Shown here: positions 1-9,376 of the stretch, one piece after another
Layout: each line of letters begins with the position of its first letter
How positions within the stretch are numbered: the stretch's first letter is position 1
Origin: Deinococcales bacterium
Lineage (GTDB): Bacteria; Deinococcota; Deinococci; Deinococcales; JAAFIG01
Length of the DNA: 27,148 nucleotides
Assembly: GCA_031391225.1 (NCBI GenBank)
Contig: JANMUC010000435.1
Location: forward strand, 1-27,148
Reading direction: 5' to 3'
The notes under the pieces: generated by a model
Seen by the model: only the letters and a program-made list of their open reading frames with translations
What the model was told of the DNA's origin: nothing
The model's database searches: none
Position numbers and translations under genes: made by a program

Positions 1-1
1 A

Positions 2-1891
2 CACCCGCTTGAAACGCCACTCGAGCATTTGGAGCGCGTTTTCGAGCAAGCTGATTTGCCAGCCTTAGAAAGCCTGTTGCAAACCCGAGATGAACACGGT
101 TTTTTTCAAGGCTTGCGTGAGGTTCCAAAGACGGTGCTCAACAAACCCCTCGCCGCCAAACCTGCCAGCACCGACAGCGTTCGCGTCAACGTGCAACGCC
201 TGGACACCTTGCTCGCCCAATCAGGTGAACTGACCATTGCCAGAATCAAACTCGAGACTCGAGCCAAAAGGGTTGGCAACCTTTTAAACCGTTTGCAAAA
301 CGCCCGTAAAACCTGGCGTTCGGCGCGAGCCATGCGTAACCGACTGGCAAAAGACGTGCAAAACCCAGACCTGCAACAATTTTTGGGTTTCTTTGACCGC
401 AACGAAGACCGTTACCACCTGATGATCGAAAACCTCGAGCAACTTGTGGCAGACCTGGCGGAAGACACCGCTCAACTGCGCAGCGTCAACAGCATCATCG
501 AAAACGAAGTGCTGGCGGTGCGACTGCTGCCCGCCTCGAATTTGTTCCCCAACCTCGAGCGGTTGGTACGCGATTTAAGCCATAACCTTGGCAAAAACGC
601 CAAGCTTGAAACGATTGGCGGCGAAATAGGACTGGACCGTAAAATTCTGGACGGACTGCGCGACCCTTTAATGCATATGGTCAGAAACGCGCTCGACCAC
701 GGTTTGGAAACTTCAGAGCAGCGCCTCAAAGCAGGAAAACCCGAAATCGGCACGATCAAACTCGAGGTGCGGCAATCGGGCACTAAGATTGAAATTAGCC
801 TGACCGACGACGGCGCAGGAATCAACACCGCACGCGTGCAGCAAGTTGCCTTAGCCAAAGGCTTAATCCCAGAAAACACGGTTTTAAACCAAGAACAAAC
901 GCTCGAGTTGCTGTTCGCGCCAGGCTTTAGCACCGCCGCAACAATCACCCAAATCAGTGGACGCGGCGTCGGCATGGACGTGGTACGCGAGAACATTCGC
1001 ACTTTAAACGGCAGCATCAGCCTGCAAAGCCAAACTGGGCGCGGCTCGAGCTTCCACCTGCGCTTGCCAGCCACGCTCGCCACCAGCCGCGTGTTGGTGG
1101 TGCAAGTTGCCGACACTCGCCTTGCCATTCCTACCAACGCCATCGAACGCGTCGCCAGGGTACGTGCCAGCGACCTGCTCGAGCAAGACGGACAAGCCGC
1201 CGCGATTTTTGACGAACGCGCCATCCGCGTGACCGAATTGGCTGGTTTGCTCGAGCTGCCAAGTCGCCCCGCCTTGGACGGTTGGCGCGTGATGGTCAAT
1301 GTTGTCAGCCAAAACAAGTCGCTGTGCCTGATTGTCGATGCCTTGATTGGCGAACAAGAAATTGTGATTAAAAAACTCGGCTATCCGCTCGAGCAGGTTG
1401 CCCATTTGCAAGGCGCTGCGGTACTCGATTCTGGAATGCTCGTGCCCATTTTGAATGCCGAGATCATCATTCAAAGAGGCTTAATGCAACCCCAAGAGAT
1501 CAGTCCCAAACCTCAAAGCCTCAAAACCAAAACCCGCATTCTGGTCGTGGACGATTCGATCACCACCCGCTCCTTAGAGTGCACGATTCTCGAGAACGCC
1601 GGTTTTGAAACTCGAGTCGCCATCAACGGACTCGAAGCCCTCGAGATACTGCGCACCACAGATATTCAACTGGTGCTCTCCGATGTCGAAATGCCCTTGA
1701 TGGACGGTTTTGCCCTGACCAACGAGATTCGCAACACGGAAAAACTCAAACACCTGCCCGTGATTCTGGTCACCAGCCTGAACACGCTTGAGCACAAACA
1801 ACGCGGCGCTCAGGCAGGCGCGGACGCCTACATCATCAAAAGCGAATTTGACCAAAATGTGCTGCTCGAGACGGTCGCACGGTTGTTGTAA
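2..1891 (+). CDS. cheA: Hybrid chemosensory histidine kinase (CheA dimerisation + HATPase + CheW + C-terminal receiver; WspE/FrzE-like architecture), 5'-truncated by window edge
   Basis: Frame open from base 2. SVRVNVQRLDTLL dimerisation motif, N-box HMVRNALDHG, G1 DDGAGIN, F-box LFAPGFST, G2 SGRGVGMDVV, CheW domain, then receiver domain ILVVDDS...SDVEMPLMDG...YIIK. The Hpt domain would lie upstream of the window. Confidence 0.93.
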   Translation, partial: HPLETPLEHLERVFEQADLPALESLLQTRDEHGFFQGLREVPKTVLNKPLAAKPASTDSVRVNVQRLDTLLAQSGELTIARIKLETRAKRVGNLLNRLQNARKTWRSARAMRNRLAKDVQNPDLQQFLGFFDRNEDRYHLMIENLEQLVADLAEDTAQLRSVNSIIENEVLAVRLLPASNLFPNLERLVRDLSHNLGKNAKLETIGGEIGLDRKILDGLRDPLMHMVRNALDHGLETSEQRLKAGKPEIGTIKLEVRQSGTKIEISLTDDGAGINTARVQQVALAKGLIPENTVLNQEQTLELLFAPGFSTAATITQISGRGVGMDVVRENIRTLNGSISLQSQTGRGSSFHLRLPATLATSRVLVVQVADTRLAIPTNAIERVARVRASDLLEQDGQAAAIFDERAIRVTELAGLLELPSRPALDGWRVMVNVVSQNKSLCLIVDALIGEQEIVIKKLGYPLEQVAHLQGAAVLDSGMLVPILNAEIIIQRGLMQPQEISPKPQSLKTKTRILVVDDSITTRSLECTILENAGFETRVAINGLEALEILRTTDIQLVLSDVEMPLMDGFALTNEIRNTEKLKHLPVILVTSLNTLEHKQRGAQAGADAYIIKSEFDQNVLLETVARLL

Positions 1892-1930
1892 AAAAGTCGT
1901 TCGTCACTTGTGAAACATCCAACAACCTTC

Positions 1931-1936
1931 TACACT
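1931..1936 (+). promoter_or_regulatory. -10 box TACACT of a putative leaderless promoter for the NarL-family regulator
   Basis: TACACT-tctagc-ATG(1943); 6-nt spacing, no Shine-Dalgarno. Confidence 0.6.
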
Positions 1937-1942
1937 TCTAGC

Positions 1943-2599
1943 ATGATACGCATCTTGCTTGCCGACGACCACGCCCTGTTTCGCCAAGGACTCAAAAGCC
2001 TGCTCGAGACTGAAGCCGACCTGCGCGTGATCGGCGAAGCCCAAAACGGACGCGAAGCCGTGCGTTACGCCGCCGACACCAGACCCGACATTATTTTAAT
2101 GGACATTCAAATGCCAGAACTCGACGGGGTTCGCGCCACCCAAAGCATTCTCGAGATCAACCCGCAAGCCAGCGTGATAATCCTGACCATGTACCGCCAA
2201 GACTCTTATGTCTTTGAAGCCGTCAAAGCGGGCGCTCGAGGATACCTTTTGAAAGACGTGGACGGCACAGAATTGATTGACGCCATCCGTCACGTTTTTG
2301 AAGGCGGCACGCTCTTAGACCCCGAAATGGCAAAGAATGTGCTCGAGGATTTCCGCGTCAAAAAAGAAAGCCTGCCCGACGAAAAACGCGGCGACCTGAC
2401 CGAACGCGAAGCCGCGATTTTAAGATTGTTGGCGCAAGGCTCGAGCAACCAAGAGATTGCCCTGAAACTCAACATTTCCGAGAAAACCGTGCGCAACCGT
2501 TTGAGCGAAATTTTTGCCAAACTCCAACTCAACAACCGCACGCAAGCGGCGTTGTACGCGATTCGGGAAGGCTTGGCGAGCTTAGATGATGCCCAATGA
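1943..2599 (+). CDS. NarL/FixJ (LuxR-HTH) family response regulator
   Basis: [10 protein letters not shown]...MDIQMP..DG...YLLKD receiver plus LTEREAAIL...[21 protein letters not shown] 1943 preferred over the 1910 start because of the domain boundary and the -10 box. Confidence 0.95.
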   Translation: MIRILLADDHALFRQGLKSLLETEADLRVIGEAQNGREAVRYAADTRPDIILMDIQMPELDGVRATQSILEINPQASVIILTMYRQDSYVFEAVKAGARGYLLKDVDGTELIDAIRHVFEGGTLLDPEMAKNVLEDFRVKKESLPDEKRGDLTEREAAILRLLAQGSSNQEIALKLNISEKTVRNRLSEIFAKLQLNNRTQAALYAIREGLASLDDAQ

Positions 2600-3988
2600 T
2601 CTCATAGTTTTTGTGAGTGTATGTTCAATTAGTTCAGCTTCTTTTTGATCGGTTGAAATATGAAAAGTGTGGTCTGGTTTTGGAGACTTTCCACAAAGGA
2701 GGATATGGATTCTGTGCTCTCTTTTGCTTGGATTGTTCCTAAGATGAATGATTCTTTGTCGAGTTATTGGCAAAATACTTCCAACTAAGACAAAAAGCAT
2801 CAAAGCAAAAACAATATTCTCTGAGATCAAAGATATCGCAACGTATGAGACGATGGTAGAAAAAGCTCCAACTATCAGGAGCAGCAAAGTGATCGAATCA
2901 CTAATGTTTGTGCTTATGTCCATAGCCATCACCCGAAATCCGGAAAACTCGCGCAGCAAATACGTGTTCCCATGTGCAATCAAAACCTCGCCGTAAATGG
3001 CAATATCAGGAGTAACATATTGACCACCTGATTGAATTACGAGACGTTCTGCTTCAGTTTGTTGAATGTCAACAGTGTTAACAATAGCGTTTTTAAATGT
3101 TTCAATATCTTTTGGTCTATCTTGAATCTTAATTGCCAAAGCTTTTTCGAGCACTTGAGCAAATGCTGGATTGATATCGGGTGGAAACTCGAGCAAATTT
3201 GAGCCAAATAAACGATCTGCCGCATTTTGTGGAGGGTTTCCAGTTATTGCGTGATACAAAGTCGCTGCAAGACCATACACATCAGTGTATTCTCCAAATC
3301 TTGCTTCGTTTGCATACTGTTCAGGTGCAGCATAACCAGGTGTAATCAATTGGGTGTGTTTTGTTCTTTGGCTTGCACGAAAACGCCTTGCTGATCCAAA
3401 ATCGACCAGCACAACTCGAGCATCTTGGGTTAAGAAAATGTTGTCGGGTTTGATGTCACGGTGCAACAATCCCACGCTATGTACAACCTCGAGTGCTTTG
3501 CTTAACTTGACTGCTAATTCTTTCACGCTTTGTTCAGGTAATTTCTTTTCTCGAGCAATTTTTGCCCCCAGTGTTTCGCCCTTTAAAGCTTCCATCACCA
3601 AATACGCTGTATTATTTGCTTCAAAGACCTCGAACACTCGCACAATGCCAAGATGATTAAATCGCGTCAAAAGTTGAGCTTCTTCAAGAAACCGTGATTT
3701 GGATTCAAGAAAACCGTTTGTGCCCAAATTGTTCGGTGGTATCAAACTCGAGTTTTTACGGGTACTGCCATTGGGGAAAAGTTCTTTGATGGCAACTTCG
3801 CGCTGCAACACCATGTCTTTTGCCAAGTACGTGATGCCAAAACCGCCTTGTCCTAAAACGTGTCCAATCCGATATTTGCCCAGTATTGCGCCAGTTTGGA
3901 GTTGAAAACTTTGAATGTTTGCACCACAACTAGGACAAATCTGATCGCTCGAGGTTATGGGTGCGGCGCAATACAGACAGGAATCCAT
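2582..3988 (-). CDS. Hanks-type Ser/Thr protein kinase with N-terminal zinc ribbon and C-terminal two-TM membrane domain
   Basis: CLYC...CPSC ribbon; [31 protein letters not shown]; two hydrophobic segments near the C-terminus. Confidence 0.92.
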   Translation of the reverse strand: MDSCLYCAAPITSSDQICPSCGANIQSFQLQTGAILGKYRIGHVLGQGGFGITYLAKDMVLQREVAIKELFPNGSTRKNSSLIPPNNLGTNGFLESKSRFLEEAQLLTRFNHLGIVRVFEVFEANNTAYLVMEALKGETLGAKIAREKKLPEQSVKELAVKLSKALEVVHSVGLLHRDIKPDNIFLTQDARVVLVDFGSARRFRASQRTKHTQLITPGYAAPEQYANEARFGEYTDVYGLAATLYHAITGNPPQNAADRLFGSNLLEFPPDINPAFAQVLEKALAIKIQDRPKDIETFKNAIVNTVDIQQTEAERLVIQSGGQYVTPDIAIYGEVLIAHGNTYLLREFSGFRVMAMDISTNISDSITLLLLIVGAFSTIVSYVAISLISENIVFALMLFVLVGSILPITRQRIIHLRNNPSKREHRIHILLCGKSPKPDHTFHISTDQKEAELIEHTLTKTMRSLGII

Positions 3989-4178
3989 TCAGTGCCTTGT
4001 ACGAGGTCAAGCCCTAAAAAGTTGCCAAAAAATAGACTGGCTGAAATCAAAATGCTCGAGCCACCTGTTAAAAATTTGCTGACAAAGGGTTGACAAAAGC
4101 GTTTCAGACTAAGCCCGTGAAAACCAATTTATAGAACTGGTATCCACTGGTCTTGCTGCCAATCGCAGCCACCGTGGT

Positions 4179-4730
4179 TTGGCGGTTGGTTTTGGCGCTC
4201 ATCCTGATTACTGCGAGACGTACTCTGGGCGAGAAGTGTACCACGCGCCAACGGTATCTGACGGCAAAGGCGGATTTGTTCCAAACCCGAGAGTCTGCTC
4301 CGAACCTGGTGCATTTAAACGCATTGTCAACCTGCCCAAAGACCAATCGCAAGGCGTTCACACCGCCGATCCTGTGCCGCTGTTCGCCTTTGGTTCTGGC
4401 GCGAAATTGTTTCAAGGCAGCATGGATCAAACCGATATTCCAGACCGTTTTGTGCTGACCCGCACCCGCAAAACCGTGTGCTTACCGTGCGATGAAAGTG
4501 CGGATTATCCAAGTTCAATCACCGTGATTTTTCCGAATGCCGAAACCGAAGCCGTACCAGTCTCTACCGATAGCGTTTTTGTGTACTTGGCAAACGGACA
4601 AAAATTACCTGTCACAGGCGAAAAAATCAGGGTGACAGGCAAGCTCGAGTTAACCCAAAGCACCGATGAGATCACGCGGTACTCGAGTTTGGTTCAAGTA
4701 CGAAACGCAAACCTCCAAGTTCTGGAATAA
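4179..4730 (+). CDS. Hypothetical protein, C-terminal half reminiscent of DUF3299-like OB-fold proteins; start uncertain
   Basis: 183-aa ORF with RFVLT...CLPC...IRVTGKLEL pattern; no clear RBS or signal peptide in this frame. Confidence 0.45.
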   Translation: MAVGFGAHPDYCETYSGREVYHAPTVSDGKGGFVPNPRVCSEPGAFKRIVNLPKDQSQGVHTADPVPLFAFGSGAKLFQGSMDQTDIPDRFVLTRTRKTVCLPCDESADYPSSITVIFPNAETEAVPVSTDSVFVYLANGQKLPVTGEKIRVTGKLELTQSTDEITRYSSLVQVRNANLQVLE

Positions 4731-4766
4731 GCATTTTGGCGTGTGACACTCGAGCCTGAAAGTCCG

Positions 4767-4772
4767 TAAACT
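4767..4772 (+). promoter_or_regulatory. -10 box TAAACT of putative leaderless promoter (overlaps CTCGAG)
   Basis: TAAACT-CGAGCT-ATG(4779). Confidence 0.6.
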
Positions 4773-4778
4773 CGAGCT

Positions 4779-5597
4779 ATGAACATCAAATCCCTTGGTT
4801 ATCAAACAGATTTAATCTTTGCGCGTTTCTCGGGCGAAATTGTTGATAAAAACGACTACACCGTGGTTCGCACACCAAGCAACCCAACGTTTTGGTACGG
4901 TAATTACGTGTTGTTTCCCAAACCACCCGAAGCGCAAGATGTCACGCGATGGATGGAGATTTCAGCTCGAGAATTCCCAGACGCCAAACATTGCGTGATT
5001 GGTTTTGATAGCGTAAACGGCGAAATGGGCGCGGCTCGAGCCTTCGAGGCACTTGGTTTTGATGTGGTTGAAACGGTAGTCATGACCGCCAGCGAAGTTC
5101 ACACGCCACCAAAAATCAATCTTGAGGCAGAATACCGCCCGATTTTAACCAGCAAAGATTGGGAACAAGCCATTGCGCTCCGGATTGAATGCAACGATGA
5201 GCACGAACCCGAAGGTTACAAACTCTTTATCAGGCGCAAAATGCTCGAGTATCAACGCATGACCGAAGCAGGACTCGGCAACTGGTGGGGCGCGTTTTTG
5301 GACGGCAAAATGGTGAGTAGTTTGGGATTGTTCCTCGAGCATGGCGTGGGAAGGTTTCAGAGCGTCGAAACCCACGCCAATTACCGCCGCCGAGGATTGT
5401 GCGGAACGTTGGTTCATACCGCCGCCAGACACGCTTTTGAGCATCACAAGCCAAACGTGTTGGTGATGTGTGCCGACCCCGAATACCACGCCGCCAGAAT
5501 TTACGAGAGTGTCGGATTTAAACCTTCTGAGACGCAAATGGCACTCGAGCGACCACCAAAGGAAGACCAGGCATTCCGCAACTCGAGTTCCGAGTGA
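4779..5597 (+). CDS. GNAT family N-acetyltransferase
   Basis: C-terminal acetyl-CoA motif A: FQSVETHANYRRRGLCGTLV; A..IYESVGF motif B. Confidence 0.85.
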   Translation: MNIKSLGYQTDLIFARFSGEIVDKNDYTVVRTPSNPTFWYGNYVLFPKPPEAQDVTRWMEISAREFPDAKHCVIGFDSVNGEMGAARAFEALGFDVVETVVMTASEVHTPPKINLEAEYRPILTSKDWEQAIALRIECNDEHEPEGYKLFIRRKMLEYQRMTEAGLGNWWGAFLDGKMVSSLGLFLEHGVGRFQSVETHANYRRRGLCGTLVHTAARHAFEHHKPNVLVMCADPEYHAARIYESVGFKPSETQMALERPPKEDQAFRNSSSE

Positions 5598-5647
5598 AAA
5601 TCCTCGAGCCTTTGAGGGTAAAACATGAAGAATCGTTGTGCCAGAGA

Positions 5648-5705
5648 GGGTGAACACAGTTTTGAAAATAAGACGCACCTGACGGGCATTTTCGCAGGTT
5701 CACCC
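5648..5705. repeat. Nested hairpin: outer stem GGGTGAAC/GTTCACCC enclosing a 37-nt module (5659-5695) homologous to 26618-26653
   Basis: Direct inspection; inner stem GAAAAT/ATTTTC. Confidence 0.75.
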
Positions 5706-5729
5706 CTGCAGATTCCGGGCAATTCAAGG

Positions 5730-5735
5730 TAAACT
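5730..5735 (+). promoter_or_regulatory. -10 box TAAACT of putative leaderless recG promoter
   Basis: TAAACT-gattt-GTG(5741). Confidence 0.5.
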
Positions 5736-5740
5736 GATTT

Positions 5741-8083
5741 GTGCCAACCCGTGATGAACTGCGCGAACGACTGATCAAACCCCTGGCTCGAGAACTTGCA
5801 ATGGGCTGTCAGAACCGTGTGGTCACGGCGGGACTCGAGGCGTTGTTGAACAACGTCGCCCAACCGTTTCCGAAGGTACGGGAAGTGCTGGATGGTTACG
5901 GCATCATGAGCCAGACCGAGCGCGAAGAAAACCTTAAAACCGCGATTGCGCTGCTCGAGGCAGAACAAAAACCAGTCATCAATACCAAACCTGCGCCAAG
6001 CAAAAAACTCGAACTTCCACGGCTCGAGCGCACGACCTTGACACCAGATTCAGAAATTACACGGTTGCCGCTTGCACCCAGCGCACCCAAAAAACTGGCA
6101 CGACTTGGCATTAAAACCTTGCGCGACATGTTTCACAATTATCCCAGACGTTACGAAGACCGCCGACGACTGCCAGGATTTCACACCATCGAAGACGGCG
6201 CTCGAGTGACCGTGGTCGGTGCGGTGACGGACAAAACCCGTCACTCGCCTCGCAAAGGCATGTTGATTTTGAAGGCAAACTTGCGCGATGAATTTGGCAA
6301 CATGCTGTCCGCAACTTGGTTCAATCAACCTTGGGTCGAAGGGCAATTAAAAGAGGGCAACCGCCTGATTATCACGGGCAAAGCCAAACGTTTCGGGCGC
6401 AAACTCGAGCTTGCCGTCGAATATTTTGAGAACGATGATGAGGGGGGCGAGAGTTTCAGCACTGACCGCATCATCGCGGTGTATCACACTACCGAGGGTA
6501 TCTCGCAAGCCTTCATTCGCAAAGTTGCACGGCAATTGTTTGAAGCCCTACCCGAACCCGCAGATTTTCTCTCGAGCCAGCAACGCGGCATGTACAAGGT
6601 GATGCCTTACGTCCAAGCCTTACGTGAGGCGCACAATCCCAGCGAACTCGAGGAACTGGAAACTGCTTTAGAGCGCCTCAAATTTGACGAGTATTTGTTC
6701 CTCGAGCTTCGGATGCTCTTGCAGGGCGGCAGCAGTTTGGAAGGCAAACAATTTAGAGCACTCGACGAGCACATGCTCGAGTTTGAACGAATGCTGCCGT
6801 TCAAATTCACAAACGCTCAACGCCGCGCGATTCTCGAGATTGCGACTGACATGCGCGAACCCAAACAGATGGCGCGACTGATTCAAGGCGATGTCGGATC
6901 GGGCAAAACCGCCGTTGCCGCCAGTGCGCTTTATCTTGCGACTCGAGATGGTTTTCAAGGCGCGTTGATGGCTCCCACCGAAATTCTGGCGCGGCAGCAT
7001 TTCTCGAGTTTGACCAAATACTTGTACCCGCTCGGCGTGCGGGTGGAATTGCTGATTGGCGCGATGACGGGCAGAGAACGCATCGAGGCTCGAGAACGGA
7101 TCAAAAAAGGCGAGGTTGACGTGATCGTTGGCACGTCGGCACTGATTCAAGAAGGCGTCGAATTTGCACGGCTTGGCTTGGCTGTGGTGGACGAGGAGCA
7201 CCGCTTTGGGGTACAACAGCGCCGCGCCCTCCTCGCAAACCGTCCTGACGTGATCGTGATGAGCGCCACGCCCATTCCGCGCAGCCTTGCCCTGACCGCT
7301 TACGGTGACCTCGAGCTGACGACCATTGACGAACTGCCGCCAGGACGAACGCCAATTCAAACCAAACTTTTAATGGACACGCACCGCCGCCAAGCCTACA
7401 GCTTTGTCATGAAACAGATTCTCGAGGGACGCCAAGCTTTCGTGGTCGCGCCGCTGATCGAAGAATCCGAAAAAATGACCGAGATTCTGGCAGCCACGCA
7501 ACTCTCCGAAGACCTCAAACAGATTCTGCCAGACGCTCGAGTTGAACTTTTGCACGGCAAAATGCACCCCAGCGAAAAAGACGCGATCATGAACCGATTT
7601 CGCGCCCAAGAGTTCGATCTGCTCGTCAGTACCACCGTGATTGAAGTCGGCGTGGACGTTCCCAACGCCAGCATCATGGTGATCGAAAATGCCGAGCGCT
7701 TCGGGTTGTCGCAACTGCATCAACTTCGCGGGCGGGTTGGGCGCGGCGACAAGCAAAGTTATTGTGTGCTGATTGCGGGCGATCACAGCAAGAAAACCAG
7801 AGAACGTTTAAAAGTCATTGAAGGCACAACCGACGGTTTTAAAATTGCCGAAGCCGATTTGCGCCTTCGCGGACCAGGCGAGCTGCGCGGCACGCGGCAA
7901 AGCGGAATGCCAGATTTAAAACTGGGCGATTTGACCAGGGATACCGAAATTATTGAACAAGCCAGAAATCTTGCCAAAAGTATTCTGGAAGCAGACCCAA
8001 TGCTCGAGAAACCCGTGAATGCGCTGTTGAAAGTAGAATTGCAAGCTCGAGCGGAACAGGTTTCGATTCGAGATGTGATTTAA
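5741..8083 (+). CDS. recG: ATP-dependent DNA helicase RecG
   Basis: YPRRYED, wedge OB domain (WFNQPW), [80 protein letters not shown]. Confidence 0.98.
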   Translation: MPTRDELRERLIKPLARELAMGCQNRVVTAGLEALLNNVAQPFPKVREVLDGYGIMSQTEREENLKTAIALLEAEQKPVINTKPAPSKKLELPRLERTTLTPDSEITRLPLAPSAPKKLARLGIKTLRDMFHNYPRRYEDRRRLPGFHTIEDGARVTVVGAVTDKTRHSPRKGMLILKANLRDEFGNMLSATWFNQPWVEGQLKEGNRLIITGKAKRFGRKLELAVEYFENDDEGGESFSTDRIIAVYHTTEGISQAFIRKVARQLFEALPEPADFLSSQQRGMYKVMPYVQALREAHNPSELEELETALERLKFDEYLFLELRMLLQGGSSLEGKQFRALDEHMLEFERMLPFKFTNAQRRAILEIATDMREPKQMARLIQGDVGSGKTAVAASALYLATRDGFQGALMAPTEILARQHFSSLTKYLYPLGVRVELLIGAMTGRERIEARERIKKGEVDVIVGTSALIQEGVEFARLGLAVVDEEHRFGVQQRRALLANRPDVIVMSATPIPRSLALTAYGDLELTTIDELPPGRTPIQTKLLMDTHRRQAYSFVMKQILEGRQAFVVAPLIEESEKMTEILAATQLSEDLKQILPDARVELLHGKMHPSEKDAIMNRFRAQEFDLLVSTTVIEVGVDVPNASIMVIENAERFGLSQLHQLRGRVGRGDKQSYCVLIAGDHSKKTRERLKVIEGTTDGFKIAEADLRLRGPGELRGTRQSGMPDLKLGDLTRDTEIIEQARNLAKSILEADPMLEKPVNALLKVELQARAEQVSIRDVI

Positions 8084-8181
8084 GGATTTTGAGTACAATT
8101 TGAGTTTCAAAATGTGCTCTCAATACAGGAAAGTAAAATTTAATACGTGATTTCGCTGATGTGAAGTACGTTCAAAAACCT

Positions 8182-8187
8182 TAAACT
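8182..8187 (+). promoter_or_regulatory. -10 box TAAACT of putative leaderless promoter (overlaps CTCGAG)
   Basis: TAAACT-CGAGTC-ATG(8194). Confidence 0.6.
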
Positions 8188-8193
8188 CGAGTC

Positions 8194-8823
8194 ATGGGTT
8201 TTCGTGACGAGATTGAAACAATATTTTCTGGGAAGGCGTTTATTCGCCCATTATTTTACAATTACCGAGGAGGCTTGAAATTCGAGCTTTCCGAGGGTGA
8301 AACTGTGCTCGAGGCATTTTTGCTGGCGATGCAAAAGGCAACTGAAATTTGCTCAAGTATTTTTTCAAACTTTGAGCCAATGACGGTGTGTTTGCGAGTT
8401 CATACGTTTTCAAATCGCTTTTATCATCGTGTCAAACTCGCAAATCTAAAGGCGGCAGGCATCATTGTTCCCAAACACCGCGAAATTTGGCTCGAGCCAA
8501 TAAGTAAAGAAGGCAGGTTTGAAGAATCCGAACCTGAATGGTGGCTCAACGTGGCGTTTGAGGTTTCACCGAGACTGATTCAAAACTTTTTATGGTGTGC
8601 GCTGGCGCAAGATTTTGGTTTTATTCGTCCAAAAGCAGATTGCTTGGTTTATCTGTTCAATCTAAAATCTGAACTTATGGTCTGGGCTTACGATGACCGA
8701 GGTATGGATGTTGTTGGACCAAATAAAATCGCGCTCGAGAAACTGTACGATAAACACTCGAGTTACTTGCTCGATCATGACAGAGCCGTGATGGATGCCA
8801 CTTTTGCAAAATCTGATACTTGA
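8194..8823 (+). CDS. DUF3885-like protein
   Basis: LKFELS near the N-terminus and the YDDRGMDVV motif recalled for DUF3885. Confidence 0.7.
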   Translation: MGFRDEIETIFSGKAFIRPLFYNYRGGLKFELSEGETVLEAFLLAMQKATEICSSIFSNFEPMTVCLRVHTFSNRFYHRVKLANLKAAGIIVPKHREIWLEPISKEGRFEESEPEWWLNVAFEVSPRLIQNFLWCALAQDFGFIRPKADCLVYLFNLKSELMVWAYDDRGMDVVGPNKIALEKLYDKHSSYLLDHDRAVMDATFAKSDT

Positions 8824-8854
8824 AAATGCTGATGCAAGAAAAATCCCAAGACTT

Positions 8855-8860
8855 TAAACT
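8855..8860 (+). promoter_or_regulatory. -10 box TAAACT of putative leaderless promoter (overlaps CTCGAG)
   Basis: TAAACT-CGAGCC-ATG(8867). Confidence 0.6.
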
Positions 8861-8866
8861 CGAGCC

Positions 8867-9319
8867 ATGACCAACCCCATCATTCGTGCCGCTCGAGTTT
8901 CGGACTGGAATCAATTCCACCCATTCCTCGAGCATGACCGTCCAATTGATTCGCTCGAGAATGCGTTTTTGCGGTTTCAAAATCGGCTCGAGTCTCCATT
9001 GCACGGTGTTTTTGTGGCGGTATTGGATGCTGAAATTGTTGGCATTGCAATGGCGCACGAATGGGATCATTACATCATGAGCGGACGCAAGCAAATCCGA
9101 TTCTCGAGCTTGTACGTCAAACCTGAACATCAGAAAAAAGGCATCGGCAAGGCATTGTTCGAGGTGACTCGAGATTGGGCGAAAAGCATTGGCGCGACTT
9201 GGTTTGAATGGTACGCCAGCCAAAGTGCCAGTGGTTTTTACGAACGCTTGGGGTTTATCGGTGACGCCCAACCCGATCCTGAGCATCCTTATTTCGAGAT
9301 CGATTTCTCCAAATCCTAA
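8867..9319 (+). CDS. GNAT family N-acetyltransferase
   Basis: LYVKPEHQKKGIGKALF motif A; ASGFYERLGF motif B. Confidence 0.9.
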   Translation: MTNPIIRAARVSDWNQFHPFLEHDRPIDSLENAFLRFQNRLESPLHGVFVAVLDAEIVGIAMAHEWDHYIMSGRKQIRFSSLYVKPEHQKKGIGKALFEVTRDWAKSIGATWFEWYASQSASGFYERLGFIGDAQPDPEHPYFEIDFSKS

Positions 9320-9376
9320 CCGCATGTATCTCGAGCTTCACGTTCAATTCAATCTCGAGCGTTAGACTCAATTCTT

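Noticed and set aside
472-1317. Long antisense ORFs in the track (for example 472-1317, 6668-7360, 8675-9325, 10787-11395, 13028-13705, 19942-20583, 23774-24358)
   Set aside because: They are shadows of well-supported genes on the opposite strand, with no motifs or translation signals
5659-5695. Known riboswitch or ribozyme (ZTP, SAM, c-di-GMP, guanidine, hammerhead, twister) for the 36-37-nt module
   Set aside because: None of the consensus cores I recall match; the second copy is not in a 5' UTR
5625-5732. 35-aa ORF MKNRCAREGEHSFENKTHLTGIFAGSPLQIPGNSR with a GAGGG RBS between the GNAT and recG
   Set aside because: No recognisable features; it runs through the nested hairpin module and its stop is the recG -10 box. 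Cannot be excluded but is unsupported.
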